A stretch of 64,000 bases of DNA from an uncultured Trueperaceae bacterium (lineage in GTDB: Bacteria; Deinococcota; Deinococci; Deinococcales; Trueperaceae), in contig CAWFFU010000004.1 in assembly GCA_963815215.1 (NCBI GenBank), forward strand, positions 32,001 through 96,000. Direction: 5' to 3'. Shown here piece by piece: positions 61,647 through 64,000 of this stretch. The number at the start of each line of letters is the position of its first letter. The first letter of the stretch is position 1. The notes below the pieces were generated by a model. The model saw only the letters and a program-made list of their open reading frames with translations, was not told the origin of the DNA and did no database searches. The translations under genes were made by a program, and so were the position numbers.

Positions 61647-62015
61647 ATGGGACGGGTCATCCACTTCGAGATCCCGGCGCAGGACATGGAGCGCGCGGGA
61701 CGCTTCTACCGCGAGGCGCTCGGCTGGACGGTCACGGGCTGGGACGGTCCGGTCGAGTATCTGCTGGTGGGCACCGGCAGCGGGGAGACGCCGGGCATCG
61801 ACGGCGGCATCCTTCGCGCCGGCGAGCTGATCCACGGCGTCGTCAACACCGCCTCGGTCGACGACCTGGAGGCGGCGCTGGCGCGCGTGACGGCCGCCGG
61901 CGGGACGGTGGAGCGCGGGCGCCAGCCGGTTCCCGGGGTCGGCTACATGGCGTACTGTCGGGACACCGAGGGCAACCTGTTCGGCCTGATGCAGGAGGAC
62001 CCCGCGGCGGGCTGA
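61647..62015 (+). CDS. VOC/glyoxalase family protein
   Basis: VIHFEI, FY, GIDGG, DTEGNLFGL. Confidence 0.88.
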   Translation: MGRVIHFEIPAQDMERAGRFYREALGWTVTGWDGPVEYLLVGTGSGETPGIDGGILRAGELIHGVVNTASVDDLEAALARVTAAGGTVERGRQPVPGVGYMAYCRDTEGNLFGLMQEDPAAG

Positions 62016-62118
62016 GCGCGGCGCAGGCGCTCGAGGGCGGGTGTCGCCGTGGGCGCCCGGTGCGTTCGGGTCCGGGACGCCGAGTGCCGGCGGCGCGCGG
62101 CGGGGGTAGAGTGGGGCA

Positions 62119-63417
62119 ATGTTTGTACCGAGTCCAAGAACCGTGGCGGTGGTGGACGGCAGCCGCATCCCCTTCCTTCGGTCCGGCGGTGGCTACGCCC
62201 ACCTGATCGCCTACGATCTGGCGCGCATGGCGATCGCCGGCATGATGGCCCGCGCCGGGCTCGACGGCGCCGCACTCGACGCCGTCATCCTCGGGTCGGT
62301 GGTGCAGAACGCGGCCACCAGCAACGTGGCGCGCGACGCGGCGCTGGCCGCCGGGGTGAGCGATCGCACGCCCGCCCACACCGTCACGGTGGCCTGCATC
62401 TCCGCCAATCGCGCCATCGCCGACGCCGGCACGCTGATCGCGACGGGCCAGGCCGATGCCGTTCTCGCCGGCGGTGTCGAGATGCTGGGCGACGTTCCCA
62501 TCGGCTTCAGCCGCGAGGTGCGCCGGCGCTTCTTCGAGACGCGCAAGTACCGCAGCGCGCTCGACTGGCGGCGCTTCTTCGCCGGCCTCCGTCTCTCCGA
62601 GCTCGTGCCCCGGCCCCCCGCCATCGCGGAGTACAGCACGGGGGAGACCATGGGACGGAGCGCAGATCGGCTGGCCGCCGCCTTCGGCGTCTCCCGCGAG
62701 GATCAGGACGCCTATGCCCTGCGCTCCCACCAGGGCGCGGCGCGCGCCCGGAGCGAGGGTTGGCTGGGCGAGGAGATCACGCCGGTGACGGCGCCGCCAC
62801 GCTTCGACGCGCTGGAGCACGACGACGGGATCCGTGAGGACACCTCCGCCGAGCGGCTGGCGGCGCTGAAGCCTGCCTTCGTGAAGCCGTTCGGCACGGT
62901 CACGGCGGGCAACAGCAGCCCGCTGACCGACGGTGCGGCGGTCACGCTGCTGATGAGCGAGGAGCGCGCTCGGGCCGAGGGGCGCCCGGTGCGCGCCCGC
63001 GTGCGCGACTTCACGTTCGTGGCGCAGGACCCCGGCGACGAGCTGCTGCTGGGTCCCGCCTACGCCGTGCCCCGCCTGCTGGAGCGCAACGGCCTGAGCT
63101 GGGCCGATGTGGACGTCGTCGAGATCCACGAGGCCTTCGCGGGACAGGTGCTGGCGGTGCTCGCGGCACTGGAGTCCGACACCTTCGCGCGCGAGCGGCT
63201 GGGGCGCGCCACGCGGGTGGCCAGCGTCGACATGGAGCGCGTCAATCCCTGGGGCGGCTCGGTATCGCTGGGCCACCCCTTCGGCGCCACCGGCGCGCGG
63301 CTGGTCAACACGGCCGTGCACCGGCTCGAGCGCGAGAACGGAAGGCTGGCCCTGGTGACCGCCTGCGCCGCCGGCGGCCAGGGGCACGCCATGCTGCTCG
63401 AGCGGGGCGAAGCATGA
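62119..63417 (+). CDS. fadI: 3-ketoacyl-CoA thiolase (trifunctional-enzyme beta/FadI type)
   Basis: ACISAN (Cys), IHEAFA, GHPFGATG, ACAAGG. Confidence 0.85.
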   Translation: MFVPSPRTVAVVDGSRIPFLRSGGGYAHLIAYDLARMAIAGMMARAGLDGAALDAVILGSVVQNAATSNVARDAALAAGVSDRTPAHTVTVACISANRAIADAGTLIATGQADAVLAGGVEMLGDVPIGFSREVRRRFFETRKYRSALDWRRFFAGLRLSELVPRPPAIAEYSTGETMGRSADRLAAAFGVSREDQDAYALRSHQGAARARSEGWLGEEITPVTAPPRFDALEHDDGIREDTSAERLAALKPAFVKPFGTVTAGNSSPLTDGAAVTLLMSEERARAEGRPVRARVRDFTFVAQDPGDELLLGPAYAVPRLLERNGLSWADVDVVEIHEAFAGQVLAVLAALESDTFARERLGRATRVASVDMERVNPWGGSVSLGHPFGATGARLVNTAVHRLERENGRLALVTACAAGGQGHAMLLERGEA

Positions 63418-63445
63418 GAGACTTCGGGCATCCGGAGGCGAGAGC

Positions 63446-64000
63446 GTGAGCCGCGTCGAGCTGGAGCGCCGCGGCGACCTGGGGATCGTGTGGCTGGACC
63501 CCGAGGGGGCCTCGCTCAACACTCTGAGCACCGCGCTGTTGCAGCGCTTCGGCGAAGTGATCGACGAGATCGAGCGTGACGATGGCGTGCGGGCGGCGGT
63601 GATCGCCAGCCGCGCGCCGCGCTCCTTCCTGGCCGGCGCGGACATCCGGGAGTTCCTGCGCTTCACCGGACCCGACGAGGTGCGCGCCGTCATCGGCGAG
63701 GGCCACGCCCTGCTGGCGCGGCTCGAGACCGCCCGCACCCCGGTGGTCGCCGCCGTGCACGGCGCCTGCATGGGAGGCGGGCTGGAGCTGGCGCTGGCGT
63801 GCCGCGGCATCGTCGCCAGCGACCATCCCGACACGCGTTTCGCGCTGCCAGAGGTGCGCCTGGGGCTTCTGCCCGGCCTGGGCGGCACGCAGCGGCTGCC
63901 GCGCCGCGTCGGGCTGCCCGACGCGCTCGACATGGCGCTGACCGGCCGCAGCGTCTACGCCCGACGCGCGCGCCGCATGGGCCTGGTGGACGCCGCCGTG
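63446..64000 (+). CDS. fadJ: Enoyl-CoA hydratase domain, probably fatty-acid oxidation complex alpha subunit; truncated by window end
   Basis: Manual translation from GTG 63446: MSRVELERRGDLGIVWLD...FLAGADI...HGACMGGGLELALAC...LPEVRLGLLPGLGGTQRLPR. Confidence 0.8.
   Translation, partial: MSRVELERRGDLGIVWLDPEGASLNTLSTALLQRFGEVIDEIERDDGVRAAVIASRAPRSFLAGADIREFLRFTGPDEVRAVIGEGHALLARLETARTPVVAAVHGACMGGGLELALACRGIVASDHPDTRFALPEVRLGLLPGLGGTQRLPRRVGLPDALDMALTGRSVYARRARRMGLVDAAV

Overview
High-GC (roughly 70% by eye) bacterial chromosome segment, most likely Deinococcota (Trueperaceae-like). This is inferred from a DUF3208-like gene, NucS, a Deinococcota-style FtsB and many leaderless genes in which a TANNNT -10 box lies 5-9 nt before the start codon. 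About 61 CDSs are mostly metabolic, transport and repair genes: rfbA, fadD, GGDEF-EAL, aguB/aguA/speA, a MacAB-like exporter, nfo/nucS, MarR-MFS, KhtT/KhtU, OYE, REC-HD-GYP, galT-like/ftsB/pccB, a ROK-regulated sugar ABC operon, mscS, comM, degV, asd, proB, hisZG, corA, a peptide ABC system, a GH65-beta-PGM fusion, a radical SAM enzyme, an M24 peptidase and fadI/fadJ. I saw no rRNA, tRNA, CRISPR array, prophage or transposase. The best candidate for an undescribed system is a module at 10656-12899: three ATAACG direct repeats at 11-bp phase over the -35 zone (SARP/OmpR-like activator architecture), a lipoprotein built from a 573-bp triplicated beta-helix-like unit, a strong hairpin, and a 60-aa 'FLLRIW' microprotein. 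Also notable are an orphan consensus promoter firing straight into a U-tract terminator (9486-9551), coupled upstream mini-ORFs before marR and corA, and a probable homopolymer frameshift in the RND adaptor gene. Family calls come from motifs recognised by eye; no searches were run.
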